A stretch of DNA of 64,000 nucleotides, from the NCBI GenBank assembly GCA_012295275.1, contig CM022678.1, forward strand, positions 5,828,001 to 5,892,000. Reading direction: 5' to 3'. Made by a program: the position numbers and the translations under genes. How positions within the stretch are numbered: position 1 is the stretch's first letter; each line of letters opens with the position of its first letter. The stretch is from Chrysomallon squamiferum (taxonomy: Eukaryota; Animalia; Mollusca). Below the pieces are notes generated by a model, which made no database searches, was not told where the DNA came from, and saw only the letters and a list, made by a program, of their open reading frames with translations. Below are positions 1-12,148 of this stretch, in pieces.

Positions 1-394
1 TAACCACCATATACATATGCATTGTGGACACTGAAATATACCCAGAATGACAAACGGTTAATAAACAAGTGATAGAAATCCAAGCAGGAATTGTATAAAT
101 TTTATAATACAATAAAAAAAAAAAAAAATGATTGTTTTAATCTGGTGGGTATTGTCCCATAAAAAAAAACAGAAATGTGAACCAAGGTTGAAATTAGAAG
201 TAGATGAAATCCAGTCGTTGTATAAAATCCAAGCTGATAAAACTTGATGTATTACACTCACTGGAGATTCACTTACAAATCAAACTGATGTGAATATAAT
301 CTACAAGGGAAGTGGGGAAAAAAAAAAAAATAAAAATAAAAAACTCACTTTTGCAGCAGAAGTATCTACAGATGCTTAAGAGATTAATATTGAA

Positions 395-444
<50 letters not shown>

Positions 445-1278
445 GCGTTTACGGTTATTGTTGTTTTTTATTTTTAGGAAGATTCTGAAGTTCACAGAAA
501 ACTACTAAAGTTGATTCTCAATCTTTAGATGAATGAAATGTTTTTTTTTATTTAATTTTTAATTTTATTCTAAGTCAACTAATTTAGTCTTCTTCAGTTG
601 TTGTTGTTGTTCAGATTATTGTGGCTGACATTTTGGAGAGATTTTTTTTATTATTTTTAGTTTTGTCTGTTCATGAAACTATCTTTCTGTCTGTTTACAA
701 CCAGATATATATGTCAATCAATTCATTCATCCATCTATCTGTCTGTCTGTCTGTCCATCTTTTCTTTCTTTCTTTCTTCCTTTCTGTTTAACTGTCTTTC
801 CATCTGTGTTACTGTCTATCAATAAATATGGATAGATGGATAGATAGATATAATTAGAGAGATAGACAGAAACAGACAGGCAGGTAAAAAAATAAAAAAA
901 TAAACTGAAACAGGTAATTAAAATATAAAAAAGTATAATTACAGAAATCAAGTCACAGTCTAAATGTTGTGTTATAATAATACATACATTGTTTTTTTTC
1001 TTAGTTTTTTTTTAATTTTAATTTAATTTTTTAATTTTATTTAAAATGTATATGAAATAAACAAAACCATACATTTTTTTTTTAATTATTTATTTTTTTG
1101 CTTTATTTTTTTTAATTATTATTATTATTATTATTATTTTTTTTTTTTAATTATTCTATTTTATTTAAAAACGTATATGAAACAAATAAATAAATAAACA
1201 TTTTAAAATTTTTTTAAAATTATATATATATTACTTTTTTTTTCTCTCTCTCTTTTTTTCTCTCTCTCTCTTTTCCAG

Positions 1279-2200
1279 ATCACAGCCGTAGTATCAGTGT
1301 TCTTCATAGTAATTTCAATCTTGTCCTTCTGCCTCAAAACTCACCCGGAAATGCGAGTCCCAGTCCTTCGCAACGCCACCTCGAAAACGGCCGACGGCAA
1401 CATCACCTGGAGGCTGGAGAAGAAAGACTCCGAACCTCACGATGCATTTTTCTACATCGAATGTGCGAGCAACGCGTGGTTTACATTTGAGATTATCATA
1501 CGCTTCATCGTAGCCCCCAACAAACTGAACTTTCTCAAGGCCCCCGTGAACATCATCGACATCGTTGCCACGCTGTCCTTCTACCTGGACTTCCTGCTGA
1601 CGAAGCTGGAGCAGGAGAACGACATGCTCGAGTTCTTCAGCATCATCCGCATCATGCGCCTGTGCAAACTGACGAGACACTCCGCGGGCCTGAAAATCCT
1701 CATTCACACATTCAGGGCGAGTGGGAAGGAGCTCATCCTCCTCGTGTTCTTCCTCGTCCTCGGCATCGTCATCTTCGCCGCGCTGATCTACTACGCCGAG
1801 CGCATCCAGTTCAATCCGGATAACGACTTCGAGAGCATCCCCGTTGGCCTCTGGTGGGCCATCGTTACCATGACTACGGTGGGCTACGGGGACATGGCCC
1901 CAAAGACCTACGTGGGCATGTTCGTGGGAGCCCTGTGCGCTCTCGCGGGCGTGCTGACGATAGCCCTTCCAGTGCCTGTGATAGTAAGCAATTTCGCTCT
2001 CTTCTATTCGCACACGCAAGCGAGGTCGAAGCTGCCGAAGAAGAGGAGGAGGGTGCTGCCCGTGGAGGCGATACGGGCGAAGGGACCCAAGACCCCGGGG
2101 ATTCCGGGCAGCGGCGGAGGCGCGGGCCCGCAGACGAGGAGGATGAACGCTATAAAACATAATCACCCAGGTGCGCTAGATGTCAAAATGAACAGACTAG
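1279..2200 (+). CDS. Shaw: Shaw/Kv3 (KCNC) voltage-gated potassium channel, large internal exon encoding S1-S6, pore and proximal C-terminus (T1-domain exon(s) lie upstream of the window)
   Basis: Pyrimidine tract + AG at 1277-1278, phase 0 ([23 protein letters not shown]). S4 [18 protein letters not shown], pore [18 protein letters not shown]6 [11 protein letters not shown], Shaw-type [14 protein letters not shown]. Donor AG|GTATGC at 2201 (phase 1); possible alternative donor AG|GTGCGC at 2171. Confidence 0.97.
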
Positions 2201-3262
2201 GTATGCATGAGAATAGAGTAAAATTTTTGGTTTTATTTTTGGTTTCACAGAGTTGTAGATCACAGGATAACTTTTTTTCTTTTTTTTGTGGGTTTTTTTT
2301 ATAATTTAAAAAAAAAAAAAATTTTTTTTTTTTTTTTTTTTTTGAAGAGACATTGTGTTAAGTAAAAAGAAAAATAAGCAAAGGAAATTTATTTTTGAAA
2401 CTGTAAGATGATTTTTCATTAATTCATATTATGATTGTGACTATTATTATCATTATTATTATAACTACAGTTATCATAATAAATACTTTTGGGTATAAGA
2501 TTCTAGATCAAATTGATTCTGCAAATTTTACATAATTTATAAAATGTATTTTTGTAAACTTTTGGTAAAAAGGATAAAGATGTATAATGTGCATCTAAAA
2601 ACTAATATAAAATGTATAATTAGTCAGTCTAAGAAATATTTATTTCAAATAAATAAATAAATAAATAAATAAAATTCCAAGAAAAGAAAGATAAATTTAT
2701 TAAAAGAAATAATAGTTCAAAAGACCCTTTAAAAAAATTACAAGAAAATTAAATTAATTTTATACATTGTCTCTTTATCACATAGGAATTTAGCACTTTG
2801 ATGTCTTATCTATATTTATAGAAATTTTTTATTTTATTTTCAATAGAGTTGTCTTGCATTGTTTAGTTATCAGTAGTTTCTTATTCTATATCTTCTTGTG
2901 CATTTCTTGCATATCAATGACAAAAATCATTGTACTATTATTTTGCACTTCTTCATCTTAAAAAAAAAAAAAAAAACATAAATATTTAATTAATCTTAGC
3001 ATGTTTACTTTTTTAATGCACATTCTGGGAATGAAAACACATTTTTTCTAACTATTTATGTATTGATTATCAGTAAAAAAAAAAAAAAGAAAAAAGAATT
3101 TAAAGTGTCATGAAAGGAAATGAAAAATGATTGCAAGAATTAGAATTAGAAGAGCAAAGTCATAATAGGCTGAGTGTTCTCAAATATTAATAAGATAAAT
3201 AAATGTCCATTAAACATATATACTTACACAATCACAAATATAGACAGACAAATTTATAAAAA

Positions 3263-3305
<43 letters not shown>

Positions 3306-5628
3306 AGCACATATATACATAGAAATATTCATACATGCACATAAATATACATTACAGCTGTATGCACTAAATATATGTATCTCAATGGCAACTTTGCTTC
3401 TGAAAAAGAAAAAGAAAATATATTTATAAGATTGACATGTAGGAAAGTATGTATGTAGACAAAAATGTCTGTGTTTTGAAGTATTTGAATATTATTAATT
3501 TATTGTTTAATAAGATCAGTCTGTTATTACTTTTGCACTTATAGTTTCAAGTACATAAGGGAAAGAGTGATAAGTACAAAAAGTCGTCACAGAATTAGTC
3601 TTAAAAACCAATCGGAATGAAAATGTCTCAACAATTCTCCAAGTATAAACAGATGCCAGAACCTTCACATTCATTAAAAATAAAAAAAAAAAAATAAATT
3701 AAATAAAATAAAAATTATATATTTAAAAAAGACCAATAACCTTGTCCTTCAACTATATAAAATTTCATTTTATATCAAAACGTGAAAAAGTATGAGCAGT
3801 GCACAGATCTTGTCACTGTCTGAAAACATCAGCAAAGACAGGTGTATAATGTCCAATACAAGCATACTTTAACATTTTTTTCTTCTCATAACAGCATTCT
3901 CAAAATCAGTAATACTGATGAATTTTTTTTTTTTTTTTTTTACAAAATGATGTCCTTGTCACAAAATGAATAAAGATTTGTTCTGAGGATTAAAAAAAAA
4001 AAAAAAAAAAGTAAATTTGTTGTGTAAATGTTTCTGTGAGCAAGTGGGTTCAAGACCAGTTGATGACAGTTAAGGGAAAGAAAGGTTGTTATAACTGCAA
4101 AGGATGACAGGATGAAAACATGTTTAAAAAAAATAATAATAAAATTTAAAAAATCAAAAAAAACATTCTCTATTTTTTTTTACTTTTTTTACTTTTTTCT
4201 TCTATATATTTTTAATATATCTTTGGGCTCAAATATAAAATATATTCCACTTTAAATTTTTGCAAAATGAATAAAATGATATATCTTTTAAAATTAATAA
4301 TTGTGTTCTTTTTTTTGAAAAAGTAATTAAAATATAGATATTATTTTTTGCAAATAATTGTGTTCTTAAATTTTACTAAATAAACAGATTATAATCTATA
4401 TATGTGCAAAATAAATATTTTATTTCAAATGAATAGGTCATATATTTTATATTTGCAAAAATCCTTTTTTCCTAAAATCACTTTTATTCCACATTTTCTC
4501 ACTTTATAGTCACCTTTTTTTTTTTTTTTCATAGTATTTAATTCACCATATAATTTAACCTTTATTTTTATTGTATAATTTTCTTTTCCTTCGTTTTGTT
4601 TTTAGTTTTTAAATTTATTCCATGCTACCTGGTCTGTTTAAAGTATTATACAATACATATTATAGAATTTGTTTTTAATTTAGATTTGAATAAAAATATT
4701 TTATTTTATATATCATGTATATTATAGAATTACATTATTGCATTATATCGTTTGCTATCATGTGTATGTATTAATGTATGTCATGGCAGTGTTAAATGTT
4801 ATCTGGTGTATGTTATGTAGATCACTATGTAATTTTGTGATGGTATATTTAGATATATATATATATTTATTTATTTATTTATATAGAGGATGTAACTGAT
4901 TATTATTTTAAGATATGAGCTTTATACTGTGAAGGTTAAAATGCCAAACTGCAGCAAGGCTCTGCTGAGCAGGATAAAAGCATCTGTTTTAAGACAGTAA
5001 CCAGTTATTTCTTTTATCCTGCAATCCTAAATAACACAAAATTTAAATGAAATCAGCTTTTTTATATAACAACTCACCACTCTTGAAAGTAGCAGGTTTA
5101 TGAACAAATTCAGTTCATTTTTACCTACAAAAACTGCACATGAAAACAAAATATTTATTTGATATTTTAAAAATAAAACCTATTTTCAGAATGGTATTCT
5201 AAGATCTGAACCAGAAATTAAACACTGAAGAAGTAATTTTGAACAAGTTTTATATTTGACAATATCAAGTAATTTATTAGAATAAAAATATTTCTCTCCC
5301 ACAAAATTTATTCTAGTCATCATATCTATCTAGCCATAATGTATAGCGATTGCAGGATAAATATTTATAATATTCTATATTGTAAAATAATGTTTTTTGT
5401 AGTATTGTTTAAATGTGTTTATCGTTAAAGTATATATATTGTAATTTTCAATATTCCTCCTATTGTGTTTTTTAATGTAAGTTTTGTATTTCATAGAACA
5501 AGCCTGTCACACTTAGTATGATTATTAAAAAAAGAGATTATATTTATTAATTTAAATCTAAACTGCAAACAAAATTTTGATTGGAAAATTAATAATTAAT
5601 TTCTAAAAATAATTTGACTTTGAAAGAA

Positions 5629-5666
<38 letters not shown>

Positions 5667-6680
5667 GTAAACAAAAATTGAAAGAGTTAATAAATATATT
5701 TAACCTGAACCTGTATTTAAAATAAAAAAACTAAATAAATAAATGAAAAAAAAAAAGTTAATGAAGATAAAACATACTTACTTTTTCAGTGACGTAATTT
5801 CTTTCAGAAATGTAAAACATCTGATGTAATATTTGTAAAATTTGCAAATGAATGATTCAGTCTTTAAACATTCTTTAACATTTCTATATATGAAGTGATG
5901 ACATGAAACTAAAATGATGGGCATTGGATACATCACAAGTTCACTAAATTCTGAAACTTTATTATTAGCAAAGATTGATGTTTAGAAAAAAAATTTCATT
6001 AATGGTAAACTGAAAATTAATGTCAGAATATTAATTAGACAATCTTACTACATTGTTAAAGATTTCCTTTAATATGTGTTTGAAAATTAAATTTAATGAA
6101 ACAGTATTAATTAGTCTTTGACAATGCACTAAATGTAGACTTTAATTATAATAATTTGAATATTAATAGTTGTTTATTTAGCTGATAAATACAATTTAAC
6201 ATAAAAACATTAATTAGTGTTTGAAACTGTCATAAAACTTTAAGGTTAACATTTGATAAATTGTTTAACCTATATGTTTGAATACATCACTGAATTTCGA
6301 TATTAACACTTGAAAAATTAAGTATTATCATGAAAACATTAATTATTATTTGAAAATTGAATTTAATAAAACCATTAAATAAATATTTGAAGAAAAAAAA
6401 AATTAACATTAAAAATATTAATTACTGCCTGAGAATTAAGTTTAACAAAAAAACATTCATTTTTATTTGAATTTAATAGAACCATTAAATAAATATTTGA
6501 AAGAAAAACCCCTTAAAAACATTAATTACAATGTCAGAATTAAATTTAACATTAAAAAAAAATAATAAACTAAGTATGACAGGTTTGTGGATATTGCAGC
6601 TTTCATGTAAAAGGTTTTTGAAAAAATGTTGTGTTGTGAATCTGCTCTAGTGGTCTGTGTTGTTTTTTTTCTTCTTCAAG

Positions 6681-6719
6681 TTTATGGGGGAGCTTTGCAG
6701 GAGTTGATGCCATTCCGTA
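6681..6719 (+). CDS. Candidate 39-nt phase 1-1 cassette microexon of the Kv3 C-terminus (VYGGALQELMPFR)
   Basis: tttttttcttcttcAAG acceptor, GTAAGT donor at 6720, length 3n, open frame in the phase left by the 2200 donor. Confidence 0.5.
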
Positions 6720-6880
6720 GTAAGTCATTATCACAATCCAGTGAGTGTATGTGTGCGTGTGCTTGTTTTTAATCCCAGAATGCTTTGCTCTGCCTGCGGA
6801 ATATAATTAGTTTGGAATGCGAATGCACGGGTTAATTGTTTTCTGAAGAGAAATTAAGTTAATATTTTTATTCTTGCTGT

Positions 6881-6898
6881 TATTAATGATTGTTTTTT

Positions 6899-6954
<56 letters not shown>

Positions 6955-7108
6955 TTTTTATTATTGTAATTTTTAAGATTATGTTTTGTTGTTGGGTTTT
7001 TTTGTTACTTCTAACATTTGTTTTATTTTATTTGTTTATTAACTTGTTTATTTTTTTTTAGTTATTTATTAATTCATCTATTTTATTAATGATTGTTTTT
7101 ATATTTAG

Positions 7109-7148
<40 letters not shown>

Positions 7149-7275
7149 TTTTTATTATTGTAATTTTTAAGATTATGTTTTGTTGTTGGGTTTTTTTGTT
7201 ACTTCTAACATTTGTTTTATTTGTTTATTAACTTGTTTATTTTATTTTAGTTTTTTATTTAATTCATCTATTTTA
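6881..7275. repeat. Tandem duplication of an ~200-bp AT-rich unit (2 copies)
   Basis: The block ...ttaatttttattattgtaatttttaagattatgttttgttgttggg...ttacttctaacatttg...aattcatctatttt occurs twice consecutively. Confidence 0.85.
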
Positions 7276-8310
7276 ATTTTTTAAATTTTAAAAAAAAATT
7301 TGGTGTCTTTGTTGTGTTTTATTTTGTTGGGGGTGTTTTTAAAAAAATTTTATTTTGCTTCAAAATTTTATTATCATTTTAAAAAAAAAATTATATATTA
7401 ACATTTTTATTGCTTTTATTATTATTTAATTCGAATTTCATTCATCTTTGTTAATTTCACTTTTAAAAATGTATTTATTTTCTAGTTTTACATTTATTCT
7501 TGACAAACAGCTTTTTATAATCTCACTTTTTTATTTTTTCACCAGTTATTATTTAATGTTAATAACTTTTCTGATTCAGCGCTTTTAAAAATAATGCCCT
7601 AATAGAAAAATAATTTAACTTTTATTAAATTACATTAGTAAATTGCTAAGTTTTTAAAAAATTATATTTTTGATTAAATTCATAACAATGAAATGATCAT
7701 TAATTTTCAAACGATCAGTTTTAAGAGCAATATAATCTATAAGCATCATAATTATATAAAATCCTTTTTGTACGTAAATAAATAAATAAATAAGTTTATA
7801 AATTAATGATATTGTAATAAATACTAATAAATCATTCAGTCAACAAAATAAAAATAATTTTAATAAACAATAACAGAATATTAAACGTCAAAAATCCATC
7901 CAGATATTTATTTTTCTTTGATTATTACTACCAACAGGAATTTGCTTTCTAAAGATGCTTATTAATTATTTCGTTATTCCAACCTACTTGTTTATTTATC
8001 ATTATTATTTTTTGTTTTCCCTTCATTTTTGTAATCATCACACATAACTTTGCACAAGCTGGTTTTTAGTTTCCAGAGTGAAAGATTTAAGAATCACCCG
8101 TCTCTTTTCAGCTTTTAACGTAGCAAATAAACAAATAAAGAGCAGTAACAAAGCTATGAACTTATATATTTGTGTGTGTGTGTGTAATCTTGTATGTGTG
8201 TTGGAAGAAGATGTTGTAGCTGTGGCAGATCTTTTATCCTCATCCAAATATTTTTAATGTTACTCTGTGGTAATCATGTCTTGAAGAACATTTTAGAAAT
8301 TTTTTTTTTT

Positions 8311-9022
8311 ACTGTGGCAGTCCTCTTAATAATCTTATTCAAATATTTGTATTGTCACTCTGGAGTATTCTCATTGTCTTCGTCCCTATTTGTTATTGTT
8401 GTTGTTGTTTTTATTGTGGCAGTCCTCTTATCATTCTCTTCCAAACATCATGAAATGGACTTCTCGTTATTTTCATCCTTATTTTTGTTAAGGTATTGCT
8501 GCTGTTATTGTGGCAGTCCTCCTGCTGTTAATGATTATTTATTTATTACTATTTTTTTTTTTTTTTTTTTTTATCTAAAAATTTTTTGATTATTATTTTC
8601 TATAGAACAGTATTGAATTAGAGTTTTCATTCACCAGTCCTGTCAGTTGTTTTTCCCCTTTGTCACTGGTAAAGACATTCATTATTGCAGTCTTCTGAAA
8701 TGATTCTTTGATCTTAATATGTTGAAGGCATTCACTGTGGCAGTCCTCTCAGGTTTTTTTTACCCTTTCCCCATATCACTGGTAAAGATATTAATTGTGG
8801 CAGTCCTCTTAACTGTTTTGTCTTTCCTACATCACTGGTAATATTTCATTGTGGCAGTCCTCTTAATTGTTTTGCCTCTCCTTTATTACTGGTAAAGATA
8901 TTTCATTGTGTCAATGGTCTCATTTATTGTTCCCATCACTGAATGTACTGAAGACCTTCATTGTGACAGTCCTCTTAATTTTTTGCCCTTTCCAAAAGAT
9001 ATTTATTGTGGCAGTCCTCTCA
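8311..9022. repeat. Degenerate minisatellite with conserved core ATTGTGGCAGTCCTCT (about 50-100-bp spacing)
   Basis: Core near 8311, 8413, 8508, 8734, 8795, 8848, 8960 and 9006, often preceded by CACTGGTAAAGA. Confidence 0.8.
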
Positions 9023-9529
9023 ACTGATTTCTTGCAATTTCTTAACTTCTCAGTGAAAATTCTCAGTTTAATCTTTGTTTTAATCTTTGTTCATACTGAC
9101 TAATCAGTCGATTTATTATTATTATTATTATTATTTGAATTTATTATTTTTTACTTTTGTTTTCAATTGTTAACTTTGGTTGTCATTGTTATTACTCGTG
9201 TTGCATTTTACTAACATCAAATTATTCATTGTCATCACTTTTTGTTTCTTTTAATAATACTTTATTTACATCATTCACTGCTCAGTATTAAACTGGATTT
9301 TTATACAGTTACACACTTATTATTATTCTTGTTCCATTAAATTCATTTCATTATCGTATGGAGCTTGGGTGTTGAATATTTATTTTTATTTTATTTTATG
9401 GGTTTTTTTTGCTCTCTTTAATACTCATCCTTATTAATATATTTTTAAAATTTCTTTTTTTCTGTTACTATTACAAGCTCATGTATTTTCTATTCATCTT
9501 AACTGTATTTACATGTTAATTTCTTGCAA

Positions 9530-9562
<33 letters not shown>

Positions 9563-9934
9563 TAAGTAAATAAATAAAACTAAATAGAAAGAAAACAACC
9601 TAAAAAGTTTTATCATGATTATTAAAGTAAAACATTTTTACACTCATTTTCTAATAAATATTTAACTTACCCAGACATTTAGGCAAAACCTATATTATTT
9701 ATACTTACTTTTTAATACTTAATTATTCTGATACCCTTCATAACCTCTAACCTCTAAGTTTGAACATTGATTTTAAAGTTTTCTTATTTATCCTAATATT
9801 TCAATCGGTGTGTGTAGCTTTTTAAATGCTATTTTGCTTTGGGAATTTTTTAAAACATTTTTACATAATTACAATTTCATTTGATTTTACTATTATTTTA
9901 TTTTAATTACATCTATAAATTTTATATATATATA

Positions 9935-9979
<45 letters not shown>

Positions 9980-10331
9980 TCTTAAATTTTTCACATATTT
10001 TCATTGGTGTAATTATTAAAGCCACTTTCAGCTTATTTAAAGATAACATAAAAATAAACATCAAAATACAGTTAATTATCAAACATTTTTAATAGATTAT
10101 TTTTCATAAAAATTAATTCAAATATAGGCTCTTTCTTAATTATTTACTTATTGTTTTGTTTTGTTTATTTGCAGTTCTTTGTTATTGATGTTGTGCATTT
10201 ATTTGAAATTTTTATTAACTTCAGTTTATATTTGAATAAAACATGACATCATCAACGATATCTTTCAAGCAGTGACAAAACTGAATGAGGAACAATTCAT
10301 TTTAGAAATTAAATTTAATGAATTCAAGGCA

Positions 10332-10335
<4 letters not shown>

Positions 10336-10402
<67 letters not shown>
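10336..10402. repeat. (CT)n microsatellite
   Basis: Perfect dinucleotide run. Confidence 0.95.
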
Positions 10403-10403
<1 letters not shown>

Positions 10404-11119
10404 AGTGTGATGAAAGTAACTTTCAAGATCAAATGGATTTAATTATAACAATTCAACAACAACAAAAATGTGGCTTGCTTGAATTTCAACTGTTTGTTGC
10501 CACCAGTTTTTATCCACACACACACATACACACATACACACACACATTGATGCAAATGAGGCAAATTGACAATTTTTTACTTATTTTTATTTTTTGATAT
10601 ACAAAGATTTTATTTAAGAAAGTAAAATATAAATCACTATTGCAATAGAAACAATATTCACTTAATGAATCTGTTAATGTCTCTGCCTCATTTCAAAAAG
10701 AGTCTAGATACAATCACATACAATAGCAAAACAATTTTGGTCTGTGTGTTCATGTCACTGGGAAAAGTAATTACAAAACATTTTTTTTTTGCTGTTTACC
10801 AGAAAGAATATTCCAGAATATGACTTGAGTGTTTATTCCTTATTCATCTATTCATTAAAAAAAGACACAGAGGGAGACAGAGATATGACAAGACAACCAA
10901 ATACCTTTTTTATTATAAATTAGTAGGTAATGCCATAGATATACTGATATAGGCACACATACAAATAGATAGCTAGACAGATAAATAGATAGATATATAG
11001 ATAGATAAATTGATTAGATAGATATACACAGGTCCAGAGTCATAGCTAAAGAGAAAAAATAGAGAGACATTGATAGATACACAGATGGTGGTGGTGTTTT
11101 TTTTTTATCAATTATGAAG

Positions 11120-11149
11120 CACAGGTTGGAACTGGAAACAACTGGACAG
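11120..11149 (+). CDS. Candidate 30-nt phase 1-1 cassette microexon of Kv3 (AQVGTGNNWT)
   Basis: T-tract then AAG at 11117-11119, strong CAG|GTAAGC donor at 11150, 3n and open. A competing CAG at 11122-11124 would give 25 nt. Confidence 0.35.
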
Positions 11150-11851
11150 GTAAGCTAAGGAGAACTGACCATCTGAGAAATCATACCTCAACCATGAAGT
11201 GTTAATGTTTTGTCTCAGTCTTCCTACAGTGAACAGCGTTGTATTCATTTCAAAGTACTTTGCAATTTATGGTTTACATACACTGAAAACAATACTTTTC
11301 TGCTACCATTATAACCAGTATTTGGAACTGCCTATACCTCTCTTATTTTTGCTTCTGTGTTTTTCGCTTTCAGAACTAAAACTGATTGAATTTTGAAACC
11401 CACAATGATGGGTTTTTTTTGTTGTTTTTTTCATAACTGTTACTTGAAATGATTCAGTATGACTGCAACTTTATTTTGTTACTTAACGTTACCTAGTGTG
11501 TTGTGCGTAATTTTATCTATTTCTGGTTGTTTTGTGGTGTAAGTTGTCTTTAACTGTATATTTTTTCCTGTGTTGTTTTATAATAATTTGGTACAAGCAT
11601 ACATGAAAAACACAGAAACACACACACACACACTCAGATGTACAGTCAAACTTGTTCCACATTTTTGCTTTTGCAAATCATATATATTAACATATAACAA
11701 AAAAACCCCAAAAAACCTCATTATTACAGTCATCTGTCTTAAAGGTCCATTTTGTGACAAAGACCTTCCTGGCAATTGTTTGTACAAGTTTGACTGTATG
11801 CCAGTATATACATAGTGTTGTAAATACATATTATATTGTGTTTTTTATTAC

Positions 11852-11892
<41 letters not shown>

Positions 11893-12118
11893 TTATTATT
11901 ATTGCTGTTATTATTTAAATATTGTCTGTCTATTAATATTATTACTGTGATATTATTACTGTAGTTATTGTCAGTCTTAGTACTGTTATTGGTGCTGTAA
12001 GTAATGTTGTCACTATGAATTATTATTATTATTATTTATTGTCGTTACGGTTGATTTTAAATGTCAGTCTGAATGTTTATGAAATATGCATTGTGTATAT
12101 GTTCTGTATCTTCTACAG

Positions 12119-12148
12119 GCCCTTATAACGTTGGAATGTTCATCAGTG
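12119..12148 (+). CDS. Candidate 30-nt phase 1-1 cassette microexon of Kv3 (GPYNVGMFIS)
   Basis: ttctgtatcttctacAG acceptor, G|GTAGGG donor at 12149 (alternative GT at 12154), downstream TGCATG at 12310. Confidence 0.45.

Noticed and set aside
1315-2166. 283-aa antisense ORF and 102-aa alternative-frame ORF (1854-2162) overlapping the Kv3 exon
   Set aside because: Shadow frames expected from very high GC3 on the sense strand; no recognisable domain and they end with the exon.
2201-2304. C-terminal extension of the 335-aa ORF ([12 protein letters not shown]...)
   Set aside because: Runs past a good GT donor into T-rich intron sequence.
5497-5515. 19-nt AG...GT segment as a Kv3 microexon
   Set aside because: Not 3n, and no downstream combination tried keeps the frame open.
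8311-9022. CRISPR array interpretation of this core-plus-spacer repeat (likewise 63365-63852)
   Set aside because: Eukaryotic intron context, cores only 15-16 nt and degenerate, spacers partly homologous to each other, no cas genes.
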